Positions 19,522 through 30,766 of a stretch of 64,000 bases of DNA are shown here, one piece after another (positions within the stretch are counted from its first letter, which is position 1; every line of letters starts with the position of its first letter). The stretch lies in assembly GCA_001778235.1 (NCBI GenBank), contig MFGJ01000008.1:129148-193147 (forward strand), given 5' to 3'. The notes beneath the pieces are model-generated. The model had not been told where the DNA came from. It searched no databases and worked only from the letters and a program-made list of their open reading frames with translations. Source of the DNA: Candidatus Falkowbacteria bacterium RIFOXYC2_FULL_36_12. GTDB lineage: Bacteria; Patescibacteriota; Patescibacteriia; UBA11705. The position numbers and the translations under genes were made by a program.

Positions 19522-20256
19522 TTATGCCTTTTCAACGGAATTAACTTTTCCCCTTTTTTCAGATTTATTCACTTCATCTTTATTTTTCATTGTTTCTTCC
19601 ATCTCTTCTTTCGCTGTTTTTTTAAATACATCACCTTTGTAAATCCATACTTTAATACCGATAGTACCATAGGTTGTATTTGCCTTTTCTTCAGCATAAT
19701 CAATGTTTGCTCGGATTGTATGTAATGGGATTGTCCCTGATACCAACATTTCTCGTCTAGCGATTTCTGCTCCATTCAACCTGCCCGCGACAATAACCTT
19801 CACACCCTTTGCTCCAGCTCTTTCTACTCGCTGAATAACCTGCTTCATTGCTCGTCTGTATGGCATTCTCTTCTCAATATCAAATTTTAATCCTTGTGCG
19901 ATCAAAGCCGCTTCAATATTTGGTTTTCCAATTTCTTTAATATTTACTGAAACTTTCACATTCTTATCTTTTACAAATTGACGGCTTATTGTTTTTTTCA
20001 AAATTTCTACCCCAGCACCACTCTTCCCAATTACAACACCAGGACGAGCAGAATGAATAATTACATTCAATTCTTTGCTAGATCTTTCAATCTCAATTCT
20101 TGATACAAAAGCTTCAAGCAAATGTTTCTTCAAAAAAGCTCTAATTTTAACATCTTGCTGTAAAAACTTACTATAATCTTTATCCGCGAACCAAGAAGAC
20201 TCCCATTTCAAGATGCTTTTTATTCTAAATATTTTTGGATTTATTTTCTTTCCCAT
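19522..20256 (-). CDS. rpsC: 30S ribosomal protein S3
   Basis: ARPGVVIGK, GRLNGAEIAR, GIKVWI. Confidence 0.98.
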   Translation of the reverse strand: MGKKINPKIFRIKSILKWESSWFADKDYSKFLQQDVKIRAFLKKHLLEAFVSRIEIERSSKELNVIIHSARPGVVIGKSGAGVEILKKTISRQFVKDKNVKVSVNIKEIGKPNIEAALIAQGLKFDIEKRMPYRRAMKQVIQRVERAGAKGVKVIVAGRLNGAEIARREMLVSGTIPLHTIRANIDYAEEKANTTYGTIGIKVWIYKGDVFKKTAKEEMEETMKNKDEVNKSEKRGKVNSVEKA

Positions 20257-20258
20257 AT

Positions 20259-20846
20259 TTATTCACCAGATTTTCTTCGAAATACTTTTTTCAGAAAACC
20301 CTTATCTTTTTTATTCTTAGTATCTAAATTTTGTGCGTGTCTATGTTTGCCCTGCTCTCTTATATCTACAATCTTCTGCGGTTCTTCACTTGCAGTTGCC
20401 GGTGATACTTTCTGCTCCACTGCTGGCACCATTTCTTCTTTCTTCACAGCTTTATTAATCTTATCTTTAGACAATGAACCTTCTTCTCTTACTTTATCTG
20501 TTTTAACAGTAGGATTCTTTTCTGCGAGCACAACATTGATATTTGAAGTTTTCTTTCTAATCATTGTTGCCCGTCCAAAAGCTCGTGGCATCCATCTTTT
20601 ATATACAGGACCTTCATCTACCGTTATGGTCTCAATAAACAAATTATTTCTATCCAAGCTGAAATTATTTTCAGCATTAGCTAAAGCAGACTGCAAAAGT
20701 TTCATAATAGGCTTTGAGGCTTTTTTATCAACAAATTTAACTGTTTCTATCGCCTTTTCAATATCAAGACCACGCACGACAGCTATAACTAATCTTGCTT
20801 TTCTAGGCGCAATACGAACATAATTTGCTTTTGCTTTTACTTGCAT
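20259..20846 (-). CDS. rplV: 50S ribosomal protein L22 with a long C-terminal extension
   Basis: RIAPRKARLV, PRAFGRA; about 85 extra C-terminal residues. Confidence 0.96.
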   Translation of the reverse strand: MQVKAKANYVRIAPRKARLVIAVVRGLDIEKAIETVKFVDKKASKPIMKLLQSALANAENNFSLDRNNLFIETITVDEGPVYKRWMPRAFGRATMIRKKTSNINVVLAEKNPTVKTDKVREEGSLSKDKINKAVKKEEMVPAVEQKVSPATASEEPQKIVDIREQGKHRHAQNLDTKNKKDKGFLKKVFRRKSGE

Positions 20847-20868
20847 ATTATAATCAATTCTTTATATA

Positions 20869-21150
20869 TTAACTTTTTTCTATAGTCTTTTGCATCTTTC
20901 CTCCATGTCGCATAAACTTTCTTGTTGGAGCAAATTCACCAAATTTATGACCAACCATATTTTCAACAACTCTCACAGGAATAAAATCCTTACCATTGTG
21001 AACACCAAAATGAAAACCTACCATTTCTGGACTAATAGTGCTTGATCTTGCCCAAGTTTTAATCACAGTAACATCACCAGTTTTCAACTTTGAAATCTTC
21101 TGCAACAATCTTGGTTCAATATATGGTCCTTTTTTTAGACTTCTTGCCAT
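20869..21150 (-). CDS. rpsS: 30S ribosomal protein S19
   Basis: [22 protein letters not shown]. Confidence 0.98.
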   Translation of the reverse strand: MARSLKKGPYIEPRLLQKISKLKTGDVTVIKTWARSSTISPEMVGFHFGVHNGKDFIPVRVVENMVGHKFGEFAPTRKFMRHGGKMQKTIEKS

Positions 21151-21179
21151 AAATTATTATTAAATCTTATTATATTCTC

Positions 21180-22019
21180 TTATTTTTTCTTTGATTTTCT
21201 TCTTTTTACAATCATTCTATCAGATGCCTTTTTTCTTCTAGTTTTTACTCCAAGAGCGTGTTTGCCCCAAGGAGTTTTCGGATATTTCATACCAATAGGA
21301 TTACTTCCTTCTCCACCTCCATGAGGATGATCAACCGGATTCATTGCTTTACCTCTAACCGTTGGCTTGATACCCATATGTCTTTTTCTACCTGCTTTTC
21401 CGATTTTTACATGCATTATATCAGGATTACTAACTCTACCAACAGTTGCCATACATTCTTTTGGCACAAGTCGAATTTCAGAAGATGGTAATCTAAGTTG
21501 TGCATACTTACCCTCAACTGCCATCAATTTAGCTTGTGATCCAGCTGAACGCACAATCTGTCCACCCTTACCAGGGACTAATTCAACATTGTAAACCATT
21601 GAACCAATTGGAATATTTTCAAGTAATGTCGCGTTGCCAGGTACAATATCAATTGTTTTCTTTGAAGAAATAATCTTATCACCTACATGTAAATTAACCG
21701 GTGCTACAATATATCGTTTTTCGCCATCTTTATATACCAGCAGTGCAATTCTTGAATTTCTATTTGGGTCATATTCAATTGCATCCACTCTTGCTTCAAT
21801 ATCAAACTTATCTCTTTTGAAATCCACCAAACGAATATATCTCTTGCTACCGCCACCTCTATGTCTTACAGTAATTCTACCATTATTGTTTCTTCCACCA
21901 AATTTCTTTTTTATTACGATTAAAGATTTTTCAGGTGTTGTTTTTGTAATATCAGAAAAATCATCAACGCTCATCTGACGCCGTGCATTACTAATTGGTT
22001 TGTAAACTTTAATTCCCAT
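21180..22019 (-). CDS. rplB: 50S ribosomal protein L2
   Basis: [20 protein letters not shown]. Confidence 0.98.
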   Translation of the reverse strand: MGIKVYKPISNARRQMSVDDFSDITKTTPEKSLIVIKKKFGGRNNNGRITVRHRGGGSKRYIRLVDFKRDKFDIEARVDAIEYDPNRNSRIALLVYKDGEKRYIVAPVNLHVGDKIISSKKTIDIVPGNATLLENIPIGSMVYNVELVPGKGGQIVRSAGSQAKLMAVEGKYAQLRLPSSEIRLVPKECMATVGRVSNPDIMHVKIGKAGRKRHMGIKPTVRGKAMNPVDHPHGGGEGSNPIGMKYPKTPWGKHALGVKTRRKKASDRMIVKRRKSKKK

Positions 22020-22046
22020 ATTATATCTATATAATCAAAATTCTAT

Positions 22047-22511
22047 TTAAACACCTTCGTAAATTTCAATTTTATCTTCTCCACCTAAAGTCACAATTGC
22101 TTTCCTAAAATCCTTTCTTTTACCATATTTTTTTCCTGAACGAACCATTTTTCCTTTTACATTAACAATGTTAACTTTAACCGGTGATACTCCATATATA
22201 CTTTTTACTGCTTTTTCAACTTCATTTTTTGTTGCATTTGTTGGAACAGCAAAAACATATTTTTTGAAAGCTCCTAAATCTGTAACCTTTTCTGTTACAA
22301 GTGGCCTTTCTAAAATTTTATACTGCTCTGCTTTTGCATTTGTTTCAATTTTTCGGGGTTGAGTCTCTTTTTTTGTTACTTCTTTCTCATCTTTTTTTAC
22401 CGGTTCTTCCTTATTTTCTAATTTACCTTTTTCAATCTGAACTTCTTCTACATTTTTTGCAGTTTTTTCTTCTTTCTTACCAGTCTTTAATATTTTATTT
22501 ATAATTCCCAT
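22047..22511 (-). CDS. rplW: 50S ribosomal protein L23 with an N-terminal extension
   Basis: PLVTEK, KAIVTL; about 60 extra charged N-terminal residues. Confidence 0.94.
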   Translation of the reverse strand: MGIINKILKTGKKEEKTAKNVEEVQIEKGKLENKEEPVKKDEKEVTKKETQPRKIETNAKAEQYKILERPLVTEKVTDLGAFKKYVFAVPTNATKNEVEKAVKSIYGVSPVKVNIVNVKGKMVRSGKKYGKRKDFRKAIVTLGGEDKIEIYEGV

Positions 22512-22525
22512 ATTAATTTAAAACT

Positions 22526-23233
22526 TTATTTTTCAACTGCAACATTTTTTTTATTTACCTTTTCAACACTTTCATTATCTGTTTCATCTTTTTTATCATC
22601 TTTAAACACAATCATATCATCAAGCGCTTTGATCGCTTGCTCTGTCATAACAATATCCTTATATTTCACAACTTCCAGTAAATTAAGATTTCTTGCTTCA
22701 ATCACATCAACTTTTGGCAAATTTTTTACAGACTTTACCAATTCCTTTGTGAACTTTTCAGCTACAAACAAAATACTCTTTTCAAGCTTAATCATTGTTA
22801 GCAATTCTCTTATATTTTTTGTTTTAAATGTATTTATTTCCAAACTATCCAAAACATTCAAATTATTTGATTCAACTTTATCACTTAAAGCCATGAGTAA
22901 TGCCTTTCGCTTCATCTTTCTATTAATCTTTTGTTCAAAATTTTGTTCATTTGTTGGACCAAAGGTTACACCACCACCAATCCAAATTGGAGACCTTGAT
23001 GAACCATGTCTTGCTCGGCCAGTACCCTTTTGACGCCAAGGTTTTCTACCTCCACCACGAACTTCACCTCTATCTTTAACATGTGCCAAATTTTGGCGTT
23101 TATTTGCTTGCATTGCAACCACCACCTGATGAATAACCATCGGATTTACTTTCACAGCAAAAACAGCAGGATTTAATACTAATTCCTTTACTGTTTCACC
23201 TTTCGCATTGTAAACATTAACTTTATTATTCAT
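22526..23233 (-). CDS. rplD: 50S ribosomal protein L4
   Basis: KPWRQKGTGRARHGS. Confidence 0.98.
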   Translation of the reverse strand: MNNKVNVYNAKGETVKELVLNPAVFAVKVNPMVIHQVVVAMQANKRQNLAHVKDRGEVRGGGRKPWRQKGTGRARHGSSRSPIWIGGGVTFGPTNEQNFEQKINRKMKRKALLMALSDKVESNNLNVLDSLEINTFKTKNIRELLTMIKLEKSILFVAEKFTKELVKSVKNLPKVDVIEARNLNLLEVVKYKDIVMTEQAIKALDDMIVFKDDKKDETDNESVEKVNKKNVAVEK

Positions 23234-23238
23234 ATTGA

Positions 23239-24129
23239 TTATTCATTCTTATCTGTTTTATTTTTTTCAACTATCTCTTCTGTAGCTATAGCAATTGGTT
23301 CCTTATTTTCTACTTCAGCTTTTCCGTTTGATTCAACCTTTTCACTATCATCCTTTTTTTCATCTTTAACTACATTAATTTCTTCAGCCTTTATCTCATT
23401 TATCTTATTTTTTTCAACTTGATTTTCTTCCTTTACTACTTCTACAACTTCTTGTTTTTCAACAATTTTTTCTACTTTCACAACTTTTTTTATGATTTCA
23501 AAATCACCTTCAGCTGAAATTTTCAAAAAACCATTTCTGGCTCCTGGAACAGCACCTTTAAGATACAAAATACCATTCTGCGCATCAACATTAATTACTT
23601 CAAGACCATTGACAGTAACCTGTTGACCACCCATTCGACCACCCATTCTCATCCCTTTAAATACCCGAGCAGCTCCTGCTGATCCAATTGATCCAGGCAT
23701 TCTTAATTGATCCTTATGACCATGAGACTTTTTTCCACCAGAAAAACCATGTCTTTTTACAACACCCTGAAAACCTTTTCCTTTTGCCTGACCAACAACA
23801 TCAACCATATCCCCTGCTTGAAAAATCCCAGCAGTAATTTCATCTCCTTCATTTAATTTTTCAACCATCACATCACCTTCAGCCAATGAAAATTCTTTTA
23901 TATATTGAAAATTATTCTTTGAAAATCTCTTAAAAATACCAAGCATTGGTTTATTAAATTTTTTCTTTTCTTGATAAGCGCATCTGATAGCAACATAACC
24001 ATCTTTTTCCATGTTTTTTTTCTGGATAACCAAACAAGGACCGACTTGAATCTTTGTCACCGGAACTACTTTGCCTTCAGGATCGAAAACCTGAGTCATC
24101 TCTAATTTTTTCCCTAAAATAAATTTCAT
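23239..24129 (-). CDS. rplC: 50S ribosomal protein L3 with a charged C-terminal extension
   Basis: GKKLEMTQ, KGKGFQGVVKRH, KGAVPG; ATG at 24129. Confidence 0.97.
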   Translation of the reverse strand: MKFILGKKLEMTQVFDPEGKVVPVTKIQVGPCLVIQKKNMEKDGYVAIRCAYQEKKKFNKPMLGIFKRFSKNNFQYIKEFSLAEGDVMVEKLNEGDEITAGIFQAGDMVDVVGQAKGKGFQGVVKRHGFSGGKKSHGHKDQLRMPGSIGSAGAARVFKGMRMGGRMGGQQVTVNGLEVINVDAQNGILYLKGAVPGARNGFLKISAEGDFEIIKKVVKVEKIVEKQEVVEVVKEENQVEKNKINEIKAEEINVVKDEKKDDSEKVESNGKAEVENKEPIAIATEEIVEKNKTDKNE

Positions 24130-24362
24130 ATAATGTTTCAGCCCATTTAGATTATCATTCAAAACATGCAAAATAAAGAAGCCTGACCTAAACAGCCAGC
24201 TTCTTCATACAAGGCTATATAATAAGTCTATATTTAATAATTTATTCTTTGTAAACCAATACCTCACAACCTCTGTTACCTTTAGAACACTTCACTACTC
24301 TATAGTGGTTATTGCTAAATGCGACAAAAGTTTTATTTTTATTACCTCCACCAAATGAATTA

Positions 24363-24707
24363 TTACATTTTAATCTCAACATCAACTCCAGCCGGAAGAT
24401 TTAAATTCGTCAAAGCATCAATTGTCTGTGGTGTTGGATTAATAATATCAATCAACCGCTTATGAATACGCATTTCATATTGATCTCGTGCATCTTTGTG
24501 AACAAAAGTTGAACGATTAACTGTATATTTCTTCTTTTCAACCGGTAATGGTACGGGTCCAGCAATAGTCGCTCCTGTTCTTTCGCTAGCATCTAAAATA
24601 GTTCTAGCAGATTGATCAATAATTTTGCTATCGTAAGCCTTGATCTTTATTCTAATTCTTTGATTAGGTACATCTACTGTTTTTTTGTCCTTTTTCCCTG
24701 CAGCCAT
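24363..24707 (-). CDS. rpsJ: 30S ribosomal protein S10 (NusE)
   Basis: [23 protein letters not shown]. Confidence 0.98.
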   Translation of the reverse strand: MAAGKKDKKTVDVPNQRIRIKIKAYDSKIIDQSARTILDASERTGATIAGPVPLPVEKKKYTVNRSTFVHKDARDQYEMRIHKRLIDIINPTPQTIDALTNLNLPAGVDVEIKM

Positions 24708-24719
24708 GTGTTTAACCAG

Positions 24720-25910
24720 TTATTTAATAATCTTTGTTACAACACCAGAAGCAATAGTTCTACCACCTTCACGAACAGCAAATCTCTGTTGTTCTTCAAG
24801 AGCAATTGAATTAATCAACTTTACTTGAAAAGTAATAGTATCTCCAGGCATTACCATCTCTGTACCCTCTGGTAAAGTTACTTCACCAGTCACATCGGTT
24901 GTACCAATGTAAAACTGTGGTTTATATCCTTTGAAAAACGGTTTATGTCTGCCACCTTCTTCTTTTGTTAACACATAAACTTCTGCTTCAAATTCAATAT
25001 GTGGAGTGACTGATCCAGGAGCCGCAAGAACTTGACCTCTTTCAACATCTTCTTTCTTTAGACCTCTAAGCAAAACACCAGCATTATCACCAGCTCGTCC
25101 TTCATTCAAAGTCTTATTAAACATTTCTATACCAGTTACTACTGTTTTTTGAGTATCTCGAATACCAATTACTTCAACTTCATTATTAACTTTTACAATA
25201 CCTCTCTCTATTCTTCCTGTAACAACTGTTCCACGACCTTCAATTGAAAATACATCTTCAATTGGCATAAGGAATGGCTTATCAACATCACGAACCGGTT
25301 CTGGAACTTTCTCATCCAAGGCATCAAGTAATTCTTGAATTGGCTTACCAGCAGCTTCATCTGTAGGATTTTCTAATGCTTTTAAGGCAGAACCACGAAT
25401 TATAGGCACTTCATCGCCAGGATATTCATATTTTTTCAATAAATCACGAACTTCTTCTTCAACCAAATCAATTAATTCTGCATCATCTACCATATCAACT
25501 TTATTCAAGAAAACCACAATATATGGCACACCAACTTGTCGTGCAAGCAAAATATGTTCTCTTGTTTGTGGCATTGGTCCATCAGTTGCAGCTACAACCA
25601 AAATTGCTCCATCCATTTGAGCCGCACCAGTAATCATGTTTTTTACATAATCAGCGTGTCCAGGACAGTCAACATGAGCATAATGCCTTTTTTCAGTTTC
25701 ATATTCTACATGAGCAGTATTAATTGTGATTCCTCTAGCCTTTTCTTCTGGGGCAGAATCAATTTCTGCTACAGATTTGTGAGATGAAACACCACCTTTG
25801 GCGTTTAAATATGCCAAAATAGCAGCTGTTAAAGTTGTCTTTCCGTGGTCAACGTGACCAATTGTACCCACATTTACATGTGGCTTACTTCGTTCAAATA
25901 CCTCAGTCAT
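24720..25910 (-). CDS. tuf: Elongation factor Tu
   Basis: [25 protein letters not shown]. Confidence 0.99.
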   Translation of the reverse strand: MTEVFERSKPHVNVGTIGHVDHGKTTLTAAILAYLNAKGGVSSHKSVAEIDSAPEEKARGITINTAHVEYETEKRHYAHVDCPGHADYVKNMITGAAQMDGAILVVAATDGPMPQTREHILLARQVGVPYIVVFLNKVDMVDDAELIDLVEEEVRDLLKKYEYPGDEVPIIRGSALKALENPTDEAAGKPIQELLDALDEKVPEPVRDVDKPFLMPIEDVFSIEGRGTVVTGRIERGIVKVNNEVEVIGIRDTQKTVVTGIEMFNKTLNEGRAGDNAGVLLRGLKKEDVERGQVLAAPGSVTPHIEFEAEVYVLTKEEGGRHKPFFKGYKPQFYIGTTDVTGEVTLPEGTEMVMPGDTITFQVKLINSIALEEQQRFAVREGGRTIASGVVTKIIK

Positions 25911-26080
25911 TTTTTTATTCTCCTAAATGTGATCCTTAAACAATTATTTTTAAGGTTTTAGCCAATCACAATTTTACTTAATTTTAAGTTATTTTATTCT
26001 TCGATATTATAACAAAAATTTAAAATAATGCAAGCCCCAGAATAACTAATTGAGCATAACTACATTTTTGGCTTATTTTA

Positions 26081-26416
26081 CTAGTCAATTGGTTCAAGAT
26101 AATACGGTTCTTCAGACTGGTCATTTTCAGCCTTATTAGCATTTTGTTCTAATTTCTCAAGAAAAAGCTCCTCCAAATCAGAAGTTTGATCTTCACCTTG
26201 AAGACTCCAGCTTGCAATTTCTTGATTAATTTCAGACAAATCTGGCTGATTTTCAACTTCACCCCAAGTCCCACTATCTGTCGACTCTTTATGTTTCAAT
26301 AACTCGATATATTGCTCCAATTGCATTACAACAAAATTATCCCCTTTTTCGCCAACTATATATTTATCACCTGTTCTTTTTATTAGGTCTAATATTTTTT
26401 TTAAATCTGTTGGCAT
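26081..26416 (-). CDS. Hypothetical protein between fusA and tuf
   Basis: ATG after AAGGAG; N-terminus (VVMQLEQYIEL) is reminiscent of the Phd/YefM fold; acidic tail. Confidence 0.7.
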   Translation of the reverse strand: MPTDLKKILDLIKRTGDKYIVGEKGDNFVVMQLEQYIELLKHKESTDSGTWGEVENQPDLSEINQEIASWSLQGEDQTSDLEELFLEKLEQNANKAENDQSEEPYYLEPID

Positions 26417-26481
26417 ATTTTTTTCTCCTTAAATCGCAAATCAATATTTGCTAAAACCAGAATTATTAAACTCTTGCTTAT

Positions 26482-28560
26482 TTATTTTGTTTTATCACCT
26501 TTTATTTTTTCCACAACATTATTTGGCACTTCTGCATAATGAGAAAATTCCATTGAATAACTTGCTCGTCCTTGTGACATTGATCGCAATTGTGTTGCAT
26601 AACCAAACATTTCTGCCAGTGGAACATTTGCTTCAATAACTTTTAAATTTGAACGATCCTTCATTTCATTAATCTGTCCTCTACGAGAATTCAAATCACC
26701 AACAACATCTCCCATAAATTGTTCAGGAGTCACAATTTCTACTTTTGAAACCGGTTCAAGCAATATTGGATCAGCCTTTTTTGTTGCAGCTTGCAAAGCC
26801 ATTGAGGCAGCAACCTTAAACGCTGCTTCAGATGAATCCACATCATGATATGATCCATCATAAACAATTACTTTAATATCAATCAATGGATATCCGGCTA
26901 CAACACCTCTATCTAATGATTCTTTTACACCTTTTTCAATCGCTGGTACGAATTCTCTAGGAATAGCACCACCTTTTAATTCATCTGCAAACTCAAATCC
27001 TTCACCCTTTTCTCTTGGTTCAACTCGAAGCCAACAATGACCATATTGTCCACGACCACCAGACTGTTTTACATATTTACCTTCACCTTCTGCTAATTTT
27101 TTAACCGTCTCCCTATATGCAACCTGTGGTTTACCTGTATTTGCCTCAACACCAAATTCTCTCTTCATTCTATCAATCAAAATTTCCAAGTGTAATTCTC
27201 CCATACCTGAAATAACTGTTTGAGATGTTTCTTCGTCTGTTTTAACTTTAAATGTTGGATCTTCTTCAGCCAATTTCTGTAAAGCAACACCCATTTTTTC
27301 TTGATCTGATTTAGTTTTTGGTTCAACCGCAATTGAAATAACCGGTTCTGGAAAAGTAATATTTTCCAAGACAACAGGAAAACTCTCATCACACAATGTA
27401 TGCCCAGTAAATGTACTTTTCAAACCAATGGCAGCGGCAATTTCTCCAGAATAAACTTCGTTCACTTCTTCTCTATGATTAGCATGCATTCGCACTATTC
27501 TACCAAGTCTTTCTTTTTCTCCAGTTGTTGTATTTAAAATATATGAACCAGATTTAACCACTCCTTGATAAACACGGAAAAAACAAAGTTTACCAACATA
27601 TGGATCTGTAGCAATCTTAAAAGCTAATCCTACAAACGGAGCATCGTCAGTTGGTTTGATTTCAATTTGTTTTTCACTATCTTTCCAATCTTCAGCCATT
27701 ACCGCCGGCACATCCAAAGGAGACGGTAGATATTCAGTCACAGCATTTAATAATTGCTGAACCCCTTTATTTTTCAAAGCTGAACCACACAAAACTGGAA
27801 TCAATTTATTATCAATAACAGCTTGTCGTAAAACTTTTTTCAAATCTTCAACTGCAATTTCCTCCCCTGCCAAATATTTATCCATCAAGGCCTCATCATT
27901 TTCCACAATTGCCTCAATCAATTTATTTCTATATTCTTGAGCTTTTTCTTTTAAATCTTCAGGTATTTCTATTTCATCAAATTTTGTCCCCATTTCATCT
28001 TCATAAATATAAGCTTTCATCTTAAACAAATCTACAATCCCCTTGAATGTTTCAGCTGCTCCAATCGGTAATTGTACTGGATGAGCATCCTTGGTCAATC
28101 GGTCATGTATAGTTTTTAAATCAAAATAAAAATCAGCGCCCATTCTGTCCATTTTATTAATAAAAGCAATTCTTGGAACGCTATATTTATCTGCTTGATG
28201 CCAAACAGTTTCAGATTGAGATTCAACCCCAGCAACACCATCAAAAACCACCACACCACCATCAAGAACACGAAGTGATCTCTCAACTTCAGCTGTAAAA
28301 TCAACATGACCAGGAGTATCAATAATATTTATTCGACAATCATTCCAAAAACAGGTAGTAGCCGCAGAAGTGATTGTAATTCCTCTTTCTCTTTCTTGCT
28401 CCATCCAATCCATTTCAGCCAAACCTTCATGCACTTCACCAATTTTATGTTTTTTCCCAGTATAAAACAAAATACGCTCCGATACCGTGGTTTTTCCAGC
28501 GTCAATATGGGCAATAATACCAATATTTCTTGTTTTTTCTAAACTATATTCTCGGGGCAT
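26482..28560 (-). CDS. fusA: Elongation factor G
   Basis: [26 protein letters not shown]. Confidence 0.99.
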   Translation of the reverse strand: MPREYSLEKTRNIGIIAHIDAGKTTVSERILFYTGKKHKIGEVHEGLAEMDWMEQERERGITITSAATTCFWNDCRINIIDTPGHVDFTAEVERSLRVLDGGVVVFDGVAGVESQSETVWHQADKYSVPRIAFINKMDRMGADFYFDLKTIHDRLTKDAHPVQLPIGAAETFKGIVDLFKMKAYIYEDEMGTKFDEIEIPEDLKEKAQEYRNKLIEAIVENDEALMDKYLAGEEIAVEDLKKVLRQAVIDNKLIPVLCGSALKNKGVQQLLNAVTEYLPSPLDVPAVMAEDWKDSEKQIEIKPTDDAPFVGLAFKIATDPYVGKLCFFRVYQGVVKSGSYILNTTTGEKERLGRIVRMHANHREEVNEVYSGEIAAAIGLKSTFTGHTLCDESFPVVLENITFPEPVISIAVEPKTKSDQEKMGVALQKLAEEDPTFKVKTDEETSQTVISGMGELHLEILIDRMKREFGVEANTGKPQVAYRETVKKLAEGEGKYVKQSGGRGQYGHCWLRVEPREKGEGFEFADELKGGAIPREFVPAIEKGVKESLDRGVVAGYPLIDIKVIVYDGSYHDVDSSEAAFKVAASMALQAATKKADPILLEPVSKVEIVTPEQFMGDVVGDLNSRRGQINEMKDRSNLKVIEANVPLAEMFGYATQLRSMSQGRASYSMEFSHYAEVPNNVVEKIKGDKTK

Positions 28561-28609
28561 AAATTTAACTAAAAAATTATCTATTATGATTTATTTTCAT
28601 TTTTATTAA

Positions 28610-29101
28610 TTATCGAGCAAAGTGGGCAAAAGCGCGGTTAGCGTCAGCCATTCTATGAACATCATTTTTCTTTTTTACAGAATCACCTTCACCAATCAAA
28701 GCCAACATCAACTCATCAGCCAATTTAGCTGCCATTGATCTGCCTTTTTTCTTGTCAGCTGCATCAATAATCCATCTAAAAGCTAGTGCGTACTTCCTGT
28801 CTCCACGAACTGGAAATGGAACCTGATAATTTGCACCACCAACTCTTTTTCCACGAACTTCTATTTGTGGAGAAATGTTTTTTATAGCTTGATCAAAAAC
28901 CTGCAAGGCATTTTCAAACTCGGCATCAACTTTTTTGTCTTTTATTGCTTTATCAATAATATCAAATGCACCGTAAACTACTTTTTGGGCAACTGATTTT
29001 TTACCAGCACGCATCACATAATTGATAAATTTTGTAACATAAACATTACCATAACGGATGTCTGGTTTTAACTTGTGTTTTGGAGCTTTTTTTCCTCTCA
29101 T
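28610..29101 (-). CDS. rpsG: 30S ribosomal protein S7
   Basis: RVGGANYQVP, HRMADANRAFAHF. Confidence 0.98.
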   Translation of the reverse strand: MRGKKAPKHKLKPDIRYGNVYVTKFINYVMRAGKKSVAQKVVYGAFDIIDKAIKDKKVDAEFENALQVFDQAIKNISPQIEVRGKRVGGANYQVPFPVRGDRKYALAFRWIIDAADKKKGRSMAAKLADELMLALIGEGDSVKKKNDVHRMADANRAFAHFAR

Positions 29102-29142
29102 AAGTATCTACTTGACCCGAAATTTATCGGGTTTTATCAAAA

Positions 29143-29568
29143 TTATTTAGATGATTTTTCTAATTTTGTTCCATATTTTGATCGGCCTTTCTTTCTTCCA
29201 TCCACACCTTGAGAATCATAAACACCACGAACAATTTGATAACGCACACCAGGTAAATCGCTTCGTCTACCACCACGAATAAGGACAATTGAATGCTCTT
29301 GTAAATTGTGACCTTCTCCTGGGATATAAGCAGTTACTTCCTGCCCATTGCTCAATCGTACACGAGCAATTTTTCGCAAAGCTGAATTCGGCTTCTTTGG
29401 AGTTGTTGTAGTAACCTTCAAACATACACCTCTTTTAAATGAGGCGCCTTTAGGCAATTTATTTGTTCGTCGTTTAAGTGAATTCAAAACAGTCTGCATC
29501 GCAGGAGATTTTGATTTTCCTTTTTTTGACGATCTTCCTTTTCTAATCAATTGATTAATTGTAGGCAT
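29143..29568 (-). CDS. rpsL: 30S ribosomal protein S12
   Basis: [24 protein letters not shown]; ATG at 29568. Confidence 0.98.
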   Translation of the reverse strand: MPTINQLIRKGRSSKKGKSKSPAMQTVLNSLKRRTNKLPKGASFKRGVCLKVTTTTPKKPNSALRKIARVRLSNGQEVTAYIPGEGHNLQEHSIVLIRGGRRSDLPGVRYQIVRGVYDSQGVDGRKKGRSKYGTKLEKSSK

Positions 29569-29689
29569 AATATCATTAAAAAATTTGACCATTGATCATT
29601 TCAATCAACAATCAAAATACGAAAATTTAGCTAACTTATAATAAATGTGTTAGCATTTTATCATTAAGAAAAAAATAAGTCAAGCAATA

Positions 29690-30331
29690 TCAGAAGATTA
29701 AACTGTAGACAAATTCAATTATCGCATTAAAAAAATATCCAAAAATATTTAATCCGACAACATTATCTAAAATTAGCAAAATTAAGAGTAAAATAGGCCC
29801 TCGAGTCTCCAAAAAGCTCCTAAAATTTCTAAATCTCTCACCATCTAGTATTGAGAATAGAACCTTTGAGCCATCAAGCGGAGGAATTGGTATTAAATTA
29901 AAAAGCATTAAAATAACATTCAAAATGACAAAAATATTCAAAAATTGAAATAATAAATTTTCTGGAGGTAAAATATTCATCCCAGCAATTATTTTCAAAA
30001 CAATACCCGAGAATATCGCCAATAATAAATTTGACGCTGGACCTGCAAGCGCAACCAAAGCCGGCCCCCATTTCTGGTATTTCAAATTATATGGATTGTA
30101 TGGCACTGGCTTTCCCCAGCCAAAACCAACAAGTAGCAACATCAAAAAACCCACTCCACTTACATGAGATATTGGGTTTAAAGTTAATCGTCCCAATGAT
30201 TTTGCTGTATCATCACCCATCAAAGCGCTGGCTAAAGCATGAGAAAACTCATGTACAGACAAAACAATTAAAATTGCCACCACCCAAGCAATGAAAATCA
30301 TCGGGTCTGAAAGCAATGTTCCTAATATCAT
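29690..30331 (-). CDS. Site-2 protease family (M50) membrane metalloprotease
   Basis: HEFSH, GWGKPVP, AGPASN, FNLIPIPPLDG. Confidence 0.92.
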   Translation of the reverse strand: MILGTLLSDPMIFIAWVVAILIVLSVHEFSHALASALMGDDTAKSLGRLTLNPISHVSGVGFLMLLLVGFGWGKPVPYNPYNLKYQKWGPALVALAGPASNLLLAIFSGIVLKIIAGMNILPPENLLFQFLNIFVILNVILMLFNLIPIPPLDGSKVLFSILDGERFRNFRSFLETRGPILLLILLILDNVVGLNIFGYFFNAIIEFVYSLIF

Positions 30332-30386
30332 AAGTACTTTTTATTATTTATATTTCTGGGTTTATCTCTCTTACCTTGCTTTACTT

Positions 30387-30445
30387 GCTGTACTCGCTGT
30401 ACTCGCTGTACTCGCTGTACTCGCTGTACTCGCTGTACTCGCTGT
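30387..30445. repeat. Intergenic 9-bp tandem repeat (GCTGTACTC)x6 plus a partial copy
   Basis: Six exact copies at 30387-30440 followed by GCTGT; same unit as in argS. Confidence 0.95.
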
Positions 30446-30534
30446 TCCCACTTTTCCCACCAATCATACACTACTTGATTTATTTATTCAAATATGCTAT
30501 TCTATTGTTACTTGATGAATAACTTGAAAAAACT

Positions 30535-30711
30535 ATGTCAAAGTATTGTGATTTGTGTGGACGAGGACCTGTTTCTTCACAAAGTTCTTCACACGCTAAC
30601 AACAAAACAAAGCGCACTCTTAATATCAATCTTCAAACAAAAAAAATTGATGGTACCAAGGTAAAAGCTTGCACCAAATGCATGAAAACCTTGAAAAAAG
30701 CAGTTGCGTAA
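30535..30711 (+). CDS. rpmB: 50S ribosomal protein L28 (absent from the ORF track)
   Basis: Manual translation: MSKYCDLCGRGPVSSQSSSHANNKTKRTLNINLQTKKIDGTKVKACTKCMKTLKKAVA. Confidence 0.92.
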   Translation: MSKYCDLCGRGPVSSQSSSHANNKTKRTLNINLQTKKIDGTKVKACTKCMKTLKKAVA

Positions 30712-30731
30712 ATCTCCCCCACAAAAAAGAT

Positions 30732-30766
30732 AAAAAAATGAACATCGTTGATGTTCCTTTTTTTTT
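30732..30766. terminator. Bidirectional terminator between rpmB and orphan unit C
   Basis: A-tract, GAACATC-GTT-GATGTTC hairpin, T-tract. Confidence 0.7.

Noticed and set aside
30291-30515. ORF with LAVLAVLAV suggesting a membrane peptide
   Set aside because: It is only the translation of the GCTGTACTC repeat, is antisense-overlapping to the M50 gene start, and covers the rpmB promoter.
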